Origin: Balanoglossus misakiensis
Taxonomy: Eukaryota > Animalia > Hemichordata
Length of the DNA: 64,000 nt
Direction: 5' to 3'
NCBI GenBank assembly: GCA_040954595.2
Contig: CM082591.2
Span: 5,983,009 to 6,047,008, forward strand
Shown piece after piece: positions 61,420 through 64,000 of the stretch (its first letter is position 1; each line of letters starts with the position of its first letter). The translations under genes and the position numbers were made by a program. The notes below the pieces were generated by a model. It searched no databases. It saw only the letters and a program-made list of their open reading frames with translations, and was not told the origin of the DNA.

Positions 61420-63501
61420 TTATTGTCTTGTCTTCAGTGCATTTACCAGCCTGTAATGAAAACAAAATAAAATCCACAAGTTAGTCTGGTGGAGCAGTTT
61501 TTCTATTTATGATGATACACATTTGATAACAGAAGACAGAAATTGACACATTTCCCTCAAAGCAAACTAAGGTTCACATATACTCTGATAATAATTAGTG
61601 CTATTTGCACTAGACAGGTTCGGCTACACGTTTTACGTGAACATGAAACGTCACAAATTTCTCTTATGACGTCATCGAATTTTGTGTCAACACTGGTGTT
61701 CACAGACAGACTGTTGACGTGAAGCCAAACGCTTTTACAACTAAGGTGAATGTGAATAATAGAATCTCACACTCCCAAGGACCTGGGATCATATTTCTTA
61801 CACGAGTTGGGGATTTTCTGTGGGACAAAATATCCCCAGGTCCTTTGGTGTGTGACATCATATTTCTCAGTCACAAATTAGCAAAATTCGTATAAAAAAC
61901 ATTGAATAAATGACTTAGCCCGCGTTAGCAAAAGAACACTTTGTCATCCAATCAGCGCTCGCGTCATATACAGCTTTCGATTCAGTGAGAATGTGGGATT
62001 GATGTGTTCTCACACTCTGATCCCACACTCTCAGAGTGTGAGGACATGGGTTCTATGTGGTCATGTAAAACGTGTAGCCAAACCTGTCTACTATAGCATC
62101 CCAAGATACGGCAAACGCCACAAAATGACAGACTCACCATTCCATGGCATCCTCAAGGCCTTCTCCTTTGATCGCCGACGTCTTGAAAATCTGCCACTTT
62201 CTGTTTTTGATTGCTGGAAGTCCGAGTGCATTGGCCACTTCCGACGGCGACATTGCGTTCTCTAAATCTTGCTTGTTCGCGAAAACTACCAGTATTGACT
62301 TTTTAAGCTCCTCCTCCTGAACACAAAAGCAAAGTTGAAAGTACATGAAGCTGAAATCCTGTACTTTCACTGTATAGATTGATGTGGTAAACCTGACATG
62401 AACTTGTACCTTTGTTTTGTGTGGTTTGACTTTCACTGTGTGTTACCAACTGAAGGTTAAAGGTATACGGTCACCTCCAATTTACATACCCCCATATATG
62501 TCAGAAATGGCATATTTGACTTTGAGTGTTATAAAGAACATATGGTGGCGCTCTTTATTTCGCACGTGACATCCACTGAAAATCTGTGATTGGCTAGATT
62601 TTAGTTTGCCATGGTAACTGTAGCTATATTTGCCTAGGTGACCGTATACCTTTAATAGGAAATGTATCAACAGTGAAATGACAATGAAAACACTGAGTAC
62701 TGTAGATGCATTTGCATACAATCAGACATATAAACATTCACATCAGATCTTCAGCTACCAATAATTATCACCACATGAAGCCTAGTGACTAGTGAATACA
62801 GCATTTGTTCAACTTTGTGTCTATTTTTTTTTCTGAGGCCCAGAAAATCTGTACAATGTCACCTTTGTTGAATCCACTCACCTCAAGCATTGCAACTAAT
62901 TCTGACTTGGAAATGCCAATTCTATCTCTGTCACAACTATCAACTACATAGATAATAGCGTCTGTATTGGAGTAATAACATCTCCAGTAGGGCCTGTGAA
63001 AAACAGAAAACATAATCACCATTAATATGAAATGTTTAAAGGGACAAAGTCTCTCTCTCGCTGCCCTTTTTCCATTAATTATGTTTGATACAAGACACCG
63101 TTTATGTTATTCTACATGTGGATATATAGTGAATCAACGTTCGACCACACACAACTTCCATCTCGTTTGTATGGTATGAGAGTAAAAATCTCGCCAAAAT
63201 GAATAAATGGTAGAGACCGAATATTTGATTTATCAAGGAACACATATAATGCACATTTCCTTCTAGCAACAACCCTATCCCCTCTAAAATGTGTTTCAGC
63301 CCTCTGTATTGAATGGCATGGATTACTCCATACACTAGAAAATGGGGAGGGGAGGGGGTGGGATAAATAACTACAGAGGTGCCAGACATGTAGACTATGG
63401 GATTATCAGCCGCTCTTACCTTATACTTGTCTGTCCTCCTAAATCCCACACTTGAAATTTAAGATTGTTATATGTGACTGTTTCTACATTGAATCCGATC
63501 G
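61420..63501 (-). CDS. ARL1: ADP-ribosylation factor-like protein 1, 3' partial (last four coding exons; 5' exons lie beyond the window)
   Basis: Exons 63420-63501 ([27 protein letters not shown]), 62882-62993 ([37 protein letters not shown]), 62138-62316 ([60 protein letters not shown]), 61420-61450 (LVNALKTRQ*). [17 protein letters not shown] is ARL1-specific. GT-AG sites and phases are consistent. Confidence 0.97.
61611..62090. mobile_element. TIR element (480 bp) in the last ARL1 intron, with internal hairpins
   Basis: TAGACAGGTTCGGCTACACGTTTTAC pairs with GTAAAACGTGTAGCCAAACCTGTCTA (26 bp, 1 mismatch); TSD unclear. Confidence 0.78.
62461..62651. mobile_element. Kolobok-like MITE, fourth family; fragments near 7950-7973 and 31399-31475
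   Basis: TTAA|AGGTATACGGTCACCT...AGGTGACCGTATACCT|TTAA, perfect 16-bp TIR. Confidence 0.88.
63040..63224. mobile_element. MITE family A, left half, in an ARL1 intron
   Basis: TTAA|AGGGACAAAG start; similarity stops mid-element. Confidence 0.82.
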
Positions 63502-64000
63502 CTGTGAGGGGAAAAAAGAGAGAAAATGTCAACATTTATTTGTATTAGTGTTCACTGCACTATATGAAAAAACCTTGACGAGAATATGTCCTCCCATACC
63601 AGCGCAAACCCCACTGCAGTCGCCACGACTTACTAGGATCTTCTGCTCAATCTACGCTATGGTTGGCTGCTTCGTTCATTCTTTAATATCAATCACGTGA
63701 TCTGGCAATGTGTCCCATGGCACAGTCATTTCCAGATGACGGGCAAGCAATATTTCGGCATCCAGTAAAAGTTTTTCCGAGTATGTTTTTACTTTAGAAC
63801 CGCCAGACACGTAACATGTATCAGGTCTGGTGCCTAATCAGCCTCATTGCATTTCGTCAGCACAGTCTTTGTCTGCACCACGTAAGTCCACGTTGTTGAA
63901 GTTGCCCGTCATCTGGAAATTTGAATGCGAACGTAACTGCCGCCTGAGTGCGTCTGACGTCATTTGATAGCGAAGAATTCTAAGAATTATCTTATTTGAG

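Overview
AT-rich, intron-containing animal genomic DNA. The repeat landscape suggests a marine invertebrate, possibly a non-vertebrate deuterostome (inference). It holds three protein-coding genes: an intronless GT31 beta-1,3-galactosyltransferase-like ORF (683-1996, +); a full-length DCDC1-like gene on the minus strand, reconstructed by hand as 39 coding exons (5405-49839, about 1887 aa, six DC-like repeats plus ricin-B-like regions) with a non-coding first exon near 55.7 kb; and the last four exons of ARL1 (61420-63501, -). Introns and intergenic DNA are dense in non-autonomous DNA transposons (Kolobok-, piggyBac-, Tc2/pogo-, Crypton- and Helentron-like). The most notable non-gene signals are a 2.5-kb foldback element with a 210-bp satellite growing from its own inverted repeat, about 10-fold enrichment of TACATGTA with direct evidence that it arises by insertion at TA, and a degenerate hammerhead-like fold in a large intron. 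No transposase, tRNA, rRNA or CRISPR array was seen, and I cannot claim a clearly new biological system. All coordinates were read by eye and may be off by a few bases.
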